A stretch of DNA of 60,981 nucleotides from an uncultured Gallionellaceae bacterium (GTDB lineage Bacteria > Pseudomonadota > Gammaproteobacteria > Burkholderiales > Gallionellaceae): the NCBI GenBank assembly GCA_903876625.1, contig CAIRAO010000330.1:1-60981 (forward strand), read 5' to 3'. Positions 52,738-60,722 of the stretch are shown here, in pieces. Position 1 is the first letter of the stretch. Every line of letters starts with the position of its first letter. The notes under the pieces were generated by a model, which saw nothing but the letters and a program-made list of their open reading frames with translations, was not told the origin of the DNA and did not search any database. A program made the position numbers and the translations under genes.

Positions 52738-52974
52738 ATGGACTCCACAAAAAATTCCGCAAGCAGGCCCACTTTGGAAGGCATCACGCTTGAAACCATC
52801 GTGACGCAGCTTTCAGAGACTATGGGGTGGGAGGCAATGGGCAGCGCTGTACCGGTACGCTGTTTCACGCATGACCCAAGCATCAAATCCAGCTTGAAAT
52901 TCCTGCGCAGGACGCCGTGGGCACGCGAAAAAGTGGAGCAATTGTATTTGCAACAAAGTAAATCAAAACGTTAA
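52738..52974 (+). CDS. VF530/DUF2132-family small DNA-binding protein
   Basis: GITLETIVTQL...GWEAMG...RCFTHDPSIKSSLKFLRRTPWAREKVEQLY matches the family signature as I recall it. Confidence 0.75.
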   Translation: MDSTKNSASRPTLEGITLETIVTQLSETMGWEAMGSAVPVRCFTHDPSIKSSLKFLRRTPWAREKVEQLYLQQSKSKR

Positions 52975-53074
52975 TGTGTTTCGTCCCAGCTCGTACGCTA
53001 GCCAACTTTCTCGATAGCTACTTTCCGAACAATACCGAGGCAGGTTGCAACATTCCGTTTGCACTTGCGGATAG

Positions 53075-53458
53075 TGGCAAAAACCTGCGGCCTTAGTAGT
53101 CGCATCCAGCTACTTGATTTGAAACGTCATCACCGGCGCACTTGCCCGGCATGTCGTTTGAGTACACGCTTCAATGCGGCATTGAATTGCTGCTGTCGCA
53201 AATTCCGGTTTGGGGGCTCTTTTTGGACCCGGGACTGAAACTGCAACCGGCTGGAAAAAAACTCGTTTGAAACCTGAGTTTTTCCAAAAGCAGGATGAAG
53301 TCAAAAAAGTGGCAACTGAATTCAACCTGGCAGCCAACGAATTACAAAAAGTGGCTGCTACCGGCGATATTGGTGCTATCAAGACTCAATTCGGAAAGCT
53401 TGGAGAAACTTGCAAGAACTGCCACGACAGTTTCCGAATAAAGGATGATGGTAAATAA
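53075..53458 (+). pseudogene. Decayed cytochrome c' (class II c-type cytochrome) gene; only the C-terminal half is an intact ORF
   Basis: The track ORF 53210..53458 ends with the C-terminal haem motif CKNCHDSFR and contains FGPGTE..., as in the second half of cytochromes c'. The same frame upstream is broken by TAG 53072 and by TGA at 53120, 53159 and 53183. No signal peptide is present. Confidence 0.45.
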
Positions 53459-53661
53459 ATTCAGTGTTTGCACGTCCTCCGGGAGAGCATTCTGTTTCCC
53501 GAAAATATTTATTTTGAATTGCGTGCTAAATCCCGATATTCAACTTTCAGCTTAGCTTATCTTTTTTTCTTGTTTTTTGTTCTATTCAAGCAGTAATACG
53601 ATGCAACCTCATCACAATATTCGACGCTTTCGCTCGAGATGTGCCTAATGGAGAGGTTTCT

Positions 53662-54126
53662 ATGTCAATTGTAGTTGAGTCGCCAACTGAAAAATTAACC
53701 GAGTCAGAGACCATTCTGGACAATGCCCGCGAGAACGCACAGAAAATTGGGCTGCGCTATGCCGGTGATGTTGCGCCGAAAGATGCGTGGAATCTATTTG
53801 AGCAGGGTGACGCCAAATTGATTGACGTGAGAACGATTGAAGAACGTCAATCTGTCGGATACGTACCTGATTCGATCCATGTGGCATGGGCCATTGGAAA
53901 TCCAATGGTGAGCAACCCACGATTTGTGCGTGAACTCGAAAGCAAAGCAGGAAAGCTCGATGTTATTTTGCTTCTGTGCCGCAGTGGTAAACGTTCGGTC
54001 GCAGCTGCCGAAACTGTAAGCCGACTAGGTTTCAAAAATATTTTCAATGTTACTGAAGGATTTGAAGGCGAAAGTAATTTGAAAAACGGTTGGGTTAACC
54101 GCAATCTTCCTTGGGTTAAAGATTGA
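53662..54126 (+). CDS. Single-domain rhodanese (sulfurtransferase)
   Basis: Active-site loop CRSGKRS. Start moved to ATG 53662 behind GGAGAGG. Confidence 0.85.
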   Translation: MSIVVESPTEKLTESETILDNARENAQKIGLRYAGDVAPKDAWNLFEQGDAKLIDVRTIEERQSVGYVPDSIHVAWAIGNPMVSNPRFVRELESKAGKLDVILLLCRSGKRSVAAAETVSRLGFKNIFNVTEGFEGESNLKNGWVNRNLPWVKD

Positions 54127-55070
54127 TGAGCAAACATGAAATTCTTCCATTACCTGCGGATTGGGAGCTGGGTCGTGTAGTTGGCGAGTTGCGCGAAGTA
54201 CGTAGACTCTGGCGTGAATCTTGTGCGCGGAACCATGAATGCGGTGGACGTGAATTACCCGCGCCCGGACCGATTCGAGACATTGTTGACGGTCTGCGTG
54301 GAGCTTTGTTCCCGATGCGTTTGGGGCCACCTGATCTGCGCCAGGAAAGTGAAGACTTCTATGTGGCGCACACACTGGATAGCGCACTACATGCTTTGCA
54401 TCAGCAAGTTTTACTGGAGCTGCATTACACCTCGCGCCAATTGGGGCATGAACCTGATAACACCATAGAAGCTCGCGCAGTGAATATCGTTAAATCGTTT
54501 GCGGCCGCTTTACCTAAAGTGCGCAGCCTGTTGGATACGGATGTGCGCGCAGCCTATAACGGTGACCCCGCAGCTCACAGCGTTGATGAGATTTTGTTGT
54601 GCTATCCGGGAGCTCAGGCTGTCATTCATTATCGTTTGGCGCATGAACTCAACAAACTTGGCGCATCGATGATCGCGCGTATTGTTGCTGAATTGGCACA
54701 TTCAGAAACAGGCATCGACATTCATCCTGGTGCTCAAATTGGTTCTGGTTTCTTTATCGATCACGGTACGGGTGTTGTAATCGGTGAGACAGCCATCATC
54801 GGCGAACGCGTACGTATTTATCAGGCAGTCACTCTGGGTGCAAAGCGTTTTAAAGTAGGTGAAGACGGCGTGTTGGAAAAAGGCGCACCTCGCCATCCTA
54901 TTCTTGAAGATGATGTGGTTGTGTATGCGGGAGCCACGATTTTAGGTCGCGTCACTATTGGTAAAAGTTCCAGCATCGGCGGCAATGTCTGGCTCACGCG
55001 AAGCGTGCCACCGGGTAGCGTCATTACGCAGGCTAGCTCACATCATGAAGTTGCAGAAGACAAACCATGA
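54126..55070 (+). CDS. cysE: Serine O-acetyltransferase, long form (SrpH-like)
   Basis: Left-handed beta-helix hexapeptide repeats DIHPGAQIGSGFFIDHGTGVVIGETAIIGERV. N-terminal extension of about 100 aa. The ATG shares 1 nt with the rhodanese stop. Confidence 0.85.
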   Translation: MSKHEILPLPADWELGRVVGELREVRRLWRESCARNHECGGRELPAPGPIRDIVDGLRGALFPMRLGPPDLRQESEDFYVAHTLDSALHALHQQVLLELHYTSRQLGHEPDNTIEARAVNIVKSFAAALPKVRSLLDTDVRAAYNGDPAAHSVDEILLCYPGAQAVIHYRLAHELNKLGASMIARIVAELAHSETGIDIHPGAQIGSGFFIDHGTGVVIGETAIIGERVRIYQAVTLGAKRFKVGEDGVLEKGAPRHPILEDDVVVYAGATILGRVTIGKSSSIGGNVWLTRSVPPGSVITQASSHHEVAEDKP

Positions 55071-55282
55071 CCATCGAAGAATTCTCTCAAGTGCTACGCC
55101 AACTTCGCGAAGAGCGAGGCTGGTCTCAAGAGCAATTAGCTGAGCGTGCCGATCTTAATCGATCCTATTTGGGCGAAGTTGAGAGAGGACGTGCCGTACC
55201 ATCGATCATTACTGTTTCAAAGTTGGCAAGTGCCCTGAATATTCAAACGTCCACTTTGATTGCGCGCTGCGAGCATATTTAG
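55067..55282 (+). CDS. XRE-family helix-turn-helix transcriptional regulator (71 aa)
   Basis: LRQLREERGWSQEQLAERADLNRSYLGEVERGRAVPSIITVSKLASAL is a canonical HTH_3 pattern. ATGA overlap with the cysE stop. Confidence 0.8.
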   Translation: MTIEEFSQVLRQLREERGWSQEQLAERADLNRSYLGEVERGRAVPSIITVSKLASALNIQTSTLIARCEHI

Positions 55283-55302
55283 TTTTGCAGAGTCGTGGGA
55301 CT

Positions 55303-55329
55303 GTCATACCGGTGAAGGGCGGTATCCAG
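55303..55329. repeat. REP-like hairpin (ATACCGG...CGGTATCCAG class), copy 1
   Basis: gtcataccggtgaagggcggtatccag. Inverted relative to copy 2. Confidence 0.6.
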
Positions 55330-55396
55330 ATAAATAAATAGTCACTTCATAGAAGACAACACTATTCTTTTGTCCGCTGCGCGGGATTTTTTATAG

Positions 55397-55422
55397 CTGG
55401 ATACCGGCCTGCGCCGGTATAA
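55397..55422. repeat. REP-like hairpin (CTGGATACCGG...CCGGTAT class), copy 2
   Basis: ctggataccggcctgcgccggtataa. Together with copy 1 it forms a BIME-like inverted pair flanking a weak hairpin plus T6 (55372-55391). Confidence 0.6.
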
Positions 55423-55449
55423 CAAAAAGGATTTGGTGGCTATAGACGG

Positions 55450-55478
55450 TTGAATCTGAATTCAATTTGTCTGATTAT
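55450..55478 (+). promoter_or_regulatory. Candidate promoter/operator of the shell-cargo operon
   Basis: Palindrome TTGAAT-ctga-ATTCAA (55450-65) coincides with a possible -35, and GATTAT lies at 55473-78 (17-nt spacer). The 9-mer ATCTGAATT recurs at 55454-62 and 55505-13. Confidence 0.3.
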
Positions 55479-55531
55479 CGCTTAGCTAAATTTCGTATAA
55501 CTTTATCTGAATTTTTCATAAGGAGTAAACC

Positions 55532-56449
55532 ATGGCAACAGAAAGCAAAGAACAATTGGCACTAAGCGACGTCGCCGCGCGAACGCTAGCCAATGCCACC
55601 AAGACCATCCCACAACTAGACATCATCACGCCTCGCTGGTTGCCGCAGTTGCTGAGCTGGGTTCCGTTGGAAGCGGGTATTTATCGAGTCAACAAAGTTA
55701 AAGATGCTTCGCGTGTAACCGTTGCCTGCTCTCAGCGCGACGAACGTGAATTACCGCAAACCTTCGTGGACTACGAAGAGTGGGGCCGTGAATATATGCT
55801 GAGCGCCGTGAACACCGTGGTTGACGTGCATACCCGCGTGTCTGACCTGTACAGCAGCCCGCATAATCAAATTCGTGAACAATTACGCCTGACCATTGAA
55901 ACAGTCAAAGAGCGTCAAGAAAGCGAACTGATCAACAACAAAGAATACGGTCTGCTAAGCAATGTCGCCAATAGCCAGCGCATCAAAACCCGCACGGGCG
56001 CACCGACACCAGATGATCTGGATGAACTGATCACTAAAGTGTGGAAAGAACCCGGCTTCTTCCTGGCGCATCCATTAGCCATTGCTGCTTTTGGCCGTGA
56101 ATGCACCCGCCGTGGCGTACCGCCTCCCACTGTGACCATTTCCGGTTCGCCGTTCATCACTTGGCGCGGCATTCCGTTGATTCCTTCGGACAAGATTCCT
56201 TTAACTAAAGGCAAGACCAGCATCATCCTGTTGCGTACCGGAGAAAGCCGTCAGGGCGTGGTTGGTTTGTATCAGCCCAATCTGCCGGGCGAGCAAAGCA
56301 TGGGCTTGTCAGTACGCTTTATGGGCATTGACCGCAAGGCGATCGCTTCTTACCTGATTTCCTTGTATTGCTCACTCGCGGTACTGACCGACGACGCGCT
56401 TGCCGTGCTCGACGACGTCGAAGTGGGTAAGTTCCATGAGTACAAGTAA
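55532..56449 (+). CDS. Family 2A encapsulin nanocompartment shell protein (SrpI-like, HK97 fold)
   Basis: 305 aa. The N-terminal region ...DVAARTLANATKTIPQLDIITPRWLPQLLSWVPLEAGIYRVNKV... and the C-terminal ...SYLISLYCSLAVLTDDALAVLDDVEV match family 2 shells as I recall them. No cNMP-binding insertion is present. Strong SD AAGGAG. The cargo gene overlaps by 14 nt. Confidence 0.85.
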   Translation: MATESKEQLALSDVAARTLANATKTIPQLDIITPRWLPQLLSWVPLEAGIYRVNKVKDASRVTVACSQRDERELPQTFVDYEEWGREYMLSAVNTVVDVHTRVSDLYSSPHNQIREQLRLTIETVKERQESELINNKEYGLLSNVANSQRIKTRTGAPTPDDLDELITKVWKEPGFFLAHPLAIAAFGRECTRRGVPPPTVTISGSPFITWRGIPLIPSDKIPLTKGKTSIILLRTGESRQGVVGLYQPNLPGEQSMGLSVRFMGIDRKAIASYLISLYCSLAVLTDDALAVLDDVEVGKFHEYK

Positions 56450-58196
56450 TCTAAATATTCCTGACATCAGCTCGGCCAATATCCCAGTACAGGGTGATAT
56501 TGCCGCGCTGGCGGGCGGTCAAAATTTTGTGCCGGATGTTGCCATGATCGAACGTCTTGCCAACGAGCTATTTGCTGGGGTGCCAGGCAAGTTGGCAGCG
56601 TATTCCCCTTCCTTAGGTTCTGCCACACCGCCGCGAAATAATGATTTGGCTTTTCCGTTGACGGGTGGAGATCCGTTGGATCTGCATTTGGATACTCCTC
56701 ACACTCATTCGCCGCAATTGCCGGTAACGAGTGATTGGGCACCTGGTGCTGATTTTGCGTTGGCGCCTAATCTGGATGCCAGCAGTTATCCGGGTGAAGA
56801 TGTACTGCGCGATTTGTTGAAAGACAATGCCAAAGAGCACCCTAAGATGACCGGCGCGACGTTGTATTTTCTGGATGAAGCTGCGCGTTTCAATCGCAAC
56901 CCCTCGCAAGCCAGCATTCTGCAAACTGCATCAGTGAGTCAAGCTAAGGCTGCTGTCGGTCAAATTCCAACGTCAGCCCATCCGCCGTTCGATGTGCTAT
57001 CAGTGCGTCGTGACTTCCCCATCTTGAAAGAGTTGGTGAATGGACGTCCGCTGGCCTGGCTGGATAATGCCGCAACAACGCAAAAACCACAGTCTGTCAT
57101 TGATCGCTTGTCGTATTTTTATGAGCACGAGAATTCCAATATCCATCGTGCGGCACATGAAATCGCAGCCCGTGCTACCGATGCGTATGAAGGTGCGCGT
57201 GACAAGATCGCCGACTTCATCAATGCTAGTTCCAACAAAGAAATTGTATTCGTTCGGGGTACTACGGAAGCGATCAACTTGGTGGCAAAGAGTTGGGGCA
57301 AAAAACATATCGGCAAAGATGATGAGATTCTCATTACTCATCTGGAGCATCATGCCAATATCGTTCCCTGGCAAATGTTGTGTGCTGAAACCGGTGCGAA
57401 GCTGAAAGTGGCACCTGTTGATGAGGATGGTCAAATATTGCTGGAAGAGTATGAACGCCTGCTTAACTCTAAAACAAAGTTGGTTTCGTTCACGCAAGTA
57501 TCGAATGCGCTTGGCACGGTAACACCCGCCAAGCAAATGATCGAAATGGCGCATCGATACGGCGCTCGCGTTTTACTGGATGGCGCGCAATCGGTTTCTC
57601 ACATGCATGCCGATGTGCAGTATCTCGATTGTGACTTCTTCGTATTCTCCGGCCATAAAGTATTCGCTCCAACCGGTATTGGTGCTCTATACGGAAAACC
57701 GGAAGTGCTGGAAGAAATGCCCCCATGGCAAGGTGGCGGCAACATGATCGAAGATGTGACTTTCGAGAAGACACGTTACCATCCGGCTCCGTCTAAATTC
57801 GAAGCGGGAACAGGTAACATCGCCGATGCAGTCGGGCTAGGTGCTGCCATCGACTACGTGCAAAAACTCGGCATCGATAACATCAATCGTTACGAACATG
57901 AGTTGTTGGTGTATGCGATGGGCGCACTCGGCAGTATTCCCGGACTGCGCTTGGTTGGAACGGCAAAAGAAAAAACCAGCGTGTTGTCGTTTGTGTTGGA
58001 TGGTTTTCAAACTTCCGAAGTCGGCGAAGCATTGAATAAGGAAGGAATCGCTGTGCGAACGGGACACCATTGCGCACAACCCATCTTGCGCCGATTTGGA
58101 CTTGAAGCAACCGTGCGTCCATCATTGGCTTTCTACAACACCCACGAAGAGATTGACCGCTTAGTGAGCGTGGTTAGGCAATTGTCGAGAAAATAA
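56436..58196 (+). CDS. Encapsulin cargo cysteine desulfurase (SufS/CsdA-type class V aminotransferase with a disordered N-terminal loading domain)
   Basis: The C-terminal roughly 400 aa carry AWLDNAATTQKP, the PLP Lys in FSGHKVFAPTGIGALYG and the catalytic Cys loop RTGHHCAQP. The N-terminal roughly 185 aa are Pro/Ala/Ser-rich and contain IERLANELF. Start moved to the ATG at 56436. Confidence 0.9.
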   Translation: MSTSNLNIPDISSANIPVQGDIAALAGGQNFVPDVAMIERLANELFAGVPGKLAAYSPSLGSATPPRNNDLAFPLTGGDPLDLHLDTPHTHSPQLPVTSDWAPGADFALAPNLDASSYPGEDVLRDLLKDNAKEHPKMTGATLYFLDEAARFNRNPSQASILQTASVSQAKAAVGQIPTSAHPPFDVLSVRRDFPILKELVNGRPLAWLDNAATTQKPQSVIDRLSYFYEHENSNIHRAAHEIAARATDAYEGARDKIADFINASSNKEIVFVRGTTEAINLVAKSWGKKHIGKDDEILITHLEHHANIVPWQMLCAETGAKLKVAPVDEDGQILLEEYERLLNSKTKLVSFTQVSNALGTVTPAKQMIEMAHRYGARVLLDGAQSVSHMHADVQYLDCDFFVFSGHKVFAPTGIGALYGKPEVLEEMPPWQGGGNMIEDVTFEKTRYHPAPSKFEAGTGNIADAVGLGAAIDYVQKLGIDNINRYEHELLVYAMGALGSIPGLRLVGTAKEKTSVLSFVLDGFQTSEVGEALNKEGIAVRTGHHCAQPILRRFGLEATVRPSLAFYNTHEEIDRLVSVVRQLSRK

Positions 58197-58214
58197 TTAC
58201 TGTAGTTCAACCGG

Positions 58215-58249
58215 AAAAAGCCCCGACTTGGTTTGTCGGCGCTTTTTTC
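58215..58249. terminator. Bidirectional intrinsic terminator between the convergent desulfurase and GGDEF-EAL genes
   Basis: aaaaagccccgac-ttggttt-gtcggcgctttttt, with A/T runs on both sides. Confidence 0.75.
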
Positions 58250-58252
58250 TAT

Positions 58253-60526
58253 TTAACAATAACCAGACTTCCAATTAATTAGTTCATTTGCAGGCATAGG
58301 CCGGGCAATGCCATATCCCTGACCAATATCACAACCCATACTTAGTAACACTTGAAAATGCTCATTTGTTTCAATTCCCTCTGCAACAGTTTGCCGCTCA
58401 AATGCCTTTGCCAACGCAATGATGCCCTGAACGATTGCCAAATCACCTTTGTCTTCCAACATATCCCTCACGAATGATTGGTCTATCTTGAGTGTCTCCA
58501 TAGGAAGTGCGCTCAAGTAACTAAGTGAAGAATAACCTGTGCCGAAATCATCAAGTGCAAATCCGACTCCCAATTTATGACAAGATTCGATTATTTCACG
58601 CACAATTGCTATGTCGTTGAGCGCTACAGTTTCCAAAACTTCGATCTGCAGTTTTCCAAAAGGTAATTCAGGATAATATTCAAGTTGTTGTTGAAGTCTT
58701 TTAACAAAATCTGAACTTTCCAAGTGGTACCCGGATATATTGATGCTAACCTCAATGTCCATTCCGTCACTTCGCCAGCGGCTAAGTTGAGCTAACGCTG
58801 TGGCTGTTACCCACTCTCCGATCTCAATGTCAAGATATGTGTTTTCTATCGCTCGAAGAAATTCCGCTGGCGGCAGCAATCCGCGAACAGGATGATTCCA
58901 TCGAATCAACGCTTCAGCACTTACAAGTTGTCTGGTACTTAGGTTTACTTTGGGTTGGTAGAATAATTCAAACTGACCAAGTTCCAATGCTTGCTTGATA
59001 CTCTGTAGAAATTCGTGTTGGTCACGAGCCAACCGATCAAGTGCAGGATCATAAATATGGAAACGGTTTTTTCCATTCTGCTTGGCGATATACATTGCAT
59101 GATCAGCATGACGCAAAAGAGTATCCGCGTCTTCGTTATCTAATGGGAAAATGCTGACTCCAATACTGGCGCTTATCGAAACCGACTTGCTTTTAACTGA
59201 GATGGGGGCGGAAATGGCCTTGAGCAGACGATCTATCGTCGATGCACATTCCTCACCCTTCTCAATTCCCGATAGTAGAACTACAAATTCGTCACCGCCT
59301 AAACGGGCAACTGTGTCACCACCACGGATCGTGTTCCCAATTCGATGTGCAATTTCAACCAAGACTTCATCTCCTGCCGAATGCCCCATCTCATCGTTGA
59401 CTGGTTTAAATCCATCCAAGTCAAGATAACAAACCGCCAACATGTTTTTCTCGCGCGAGGTCTGGGCGATAGATTGTTTCATTCGATCCGCCAGTAAGAC
59501 ACGATTAGGAATACCCGTCAGCGCATCATAATGGGCAACTCGATTAAGTTCGGTTTCATGCTGTTTTCGTTCTGTAATATCACGAAATGCTGCCTGAACG
59601 GCTGGCTCTCCATCATAATCAATGACTGTACCTTGAATTTCTACATCAAAAACGGTCCCGTCAAGTTTGATAAATTTTTCTTCTACCAAAGGTGCCGGTA
59701 GCCCATCAATTGAATTTTTCTTTATGCGATCTAAAACGATTTGGTGATAATCCGGGTGAATCAGACTGAAAACAGATTTACCAATCAAATCTTCCGCGGC
59801 TTGAGCGGCCAGTAATTTTATTGCCGACGGATTCACGTAAATAATATTGCCTTTTCGATGTACGATGATCGAATCCGGTGTCCATTCAACTAATGTCTGG
59901 TAACGCACTTTGCTTTCAATCAACAACCTCTCTCTTTGTTCGGCTTCGAGATGCAGAGAAATATTCTCTATCAGGTTACTATTGATCTTGCGCAAAGTTG
60001 CCACCATAAAGCAAAGATAAAGAATTCCAGCTAATCCCATTGCTTGTGACAGACTATCGCCAACTATAAATAAGCGAATAGAAATTGGCAACAGTACGAA
60101 TATGGAAAACCCAATTGCACAGATTAGATCGGTTGAAAACGTGACTACCCCGCCGGCAGATAAGCCGGCCAGCATATATACCAGAAACATTTCATGCTCT
60201 GAATTGTGTTCAGGGAAAAGCAAATAACCGGAGGATCCCCATACTAATCCGACTAACAGCGTGCCGGCACGGTATATAGTTAATCGTTTACGAATTACTA
60301 AAGCATCATCAATTTGAAAACGTCTATATTGAATTACAAATAATAACCGTATGATTGCGACAAAAACAATCGAATAAAACCAATAATTAATTATCGTCGA
60401 AGAAATCACGCCAACCTGCATATAGGCGAGAGCACCTGCCAATAAAGTACTGGTCAAAATCGACACCGGACTCGCGGCAAGAAGTTGACGCAACTGTTCA
60501 ATTTCAATTGCTGACTTTTTATTCAT
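58253..60526 (-). CDS. Membrane-anchored PAS-GGDEF-EAL c-di-GMP turnover protein
   Basis: N-terminal polytopic sensor region of about 190 aa, a PAS domain, GGDEF (RLGGDEFVVLL) and EAL (EALIRWNHP ... DDFGTGYSSL). Confidence 0.9.
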   Translation of the reverse strand: MNKKSAIEIEQLRQLLAASPVSILTSTLLAGALAYMQVGVISSTIINYWFYSIVFVAIIRLLFVIQYRRFQIDDALVIRKRLTIYRAGTLLVGLVWGSSGYLLFPEHNSEHEMFLVYMLAGLSAGGVVTFSTDLICAIGFSIFVLLPISIRLFIVGDSLSQAMGLAGILYLCFMVATLRKINSNLIENISLHLEAEQRERLLIESKVRYQTLVEWTPDSIIVHRKGNIIYVNPSAIKLLAAQAAEDLIGKSVFSLIHPDYHQIVLDRIKKNSIDGLPAPLVEEKFIKLDGTVFDVEIQGTVIDYDGEPAVQAAFRDITERKQHETELNRVAHYDALTGIPNRVLLADRMKQSIAQTSREKNMLAVCYLDLDGFKPVNDEMGHSAGDEVLVEIAHRIGNTIRGGDTVARLGGDEFVVLLSGIEKGEECASTIDRLLKAISAPISVKSKSVSISASIGVSIFPLDNEDADTLLRHADHAMYIAKQNGKNRFHIYDPALDRLARDQHEFLQSIKQALELGQFELFYQPKVNLSTRQLVSAEALIRWNHPVRGLLPPAEFLRAIENTYLDIEIGEWVTATALAQLSRWRSDGMDIEVSINISGYHLESSDFVKRLQQQLEYYPELPFGKLQIEVLETVALNDIAIVREIIESCHKLGVGFALDDFGTGYSSLSYLSALPMETLKIDQSFVRDMLEDKGDLAIVQGIIALAKAFERQTVAEGIETNEHFQVLLSMGCDIGQGYGIARPMPANELINWKSGYC

Positions 60527-60722
60527 GTACCTATTGTAGTTACATTTGAGATATATTTGTTGTGTCGAAAAAACACAAAAATAGATTTGAGTTAGCGGTC
60601 ATGTAAAGTCCTGCTCGCAATATTTGGATTAGTTCACACAAAACCCATTTCAGAAATCAAATGAATGCAAAATCAAACAGGATCAATAAATGCCCGGATC
60701 GACAAGACCCGTTGATGATTGT

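Noticed and set aside
53120-53185. Three in-frame TGA codons in the cytochrome c'-like frame, considered as selenocysteine or stop-codon recoding.
   Set aside because: No SECIS-like hairpin follows any of them. A TAG also interrupts the frame, no signal peptide or start exists, and TGA is used as a normal stop by neighbouring genes (pilM, rhodanese). A pseudogene is the simpler reading.
53514-53557. TTGAAT/ATTCAA half-sites and the GCTTAGCT 8-mer are shared between the rhodanese upstream region and the shell upstream region. I considered them as a common operator.
   Set aside because: The spacing between the motifs differs in the two regions. One shared 8-mer between two AT-rich stretches of about 200 bp is expected by chance at about 1 occurrence, so this is not significant on its own.
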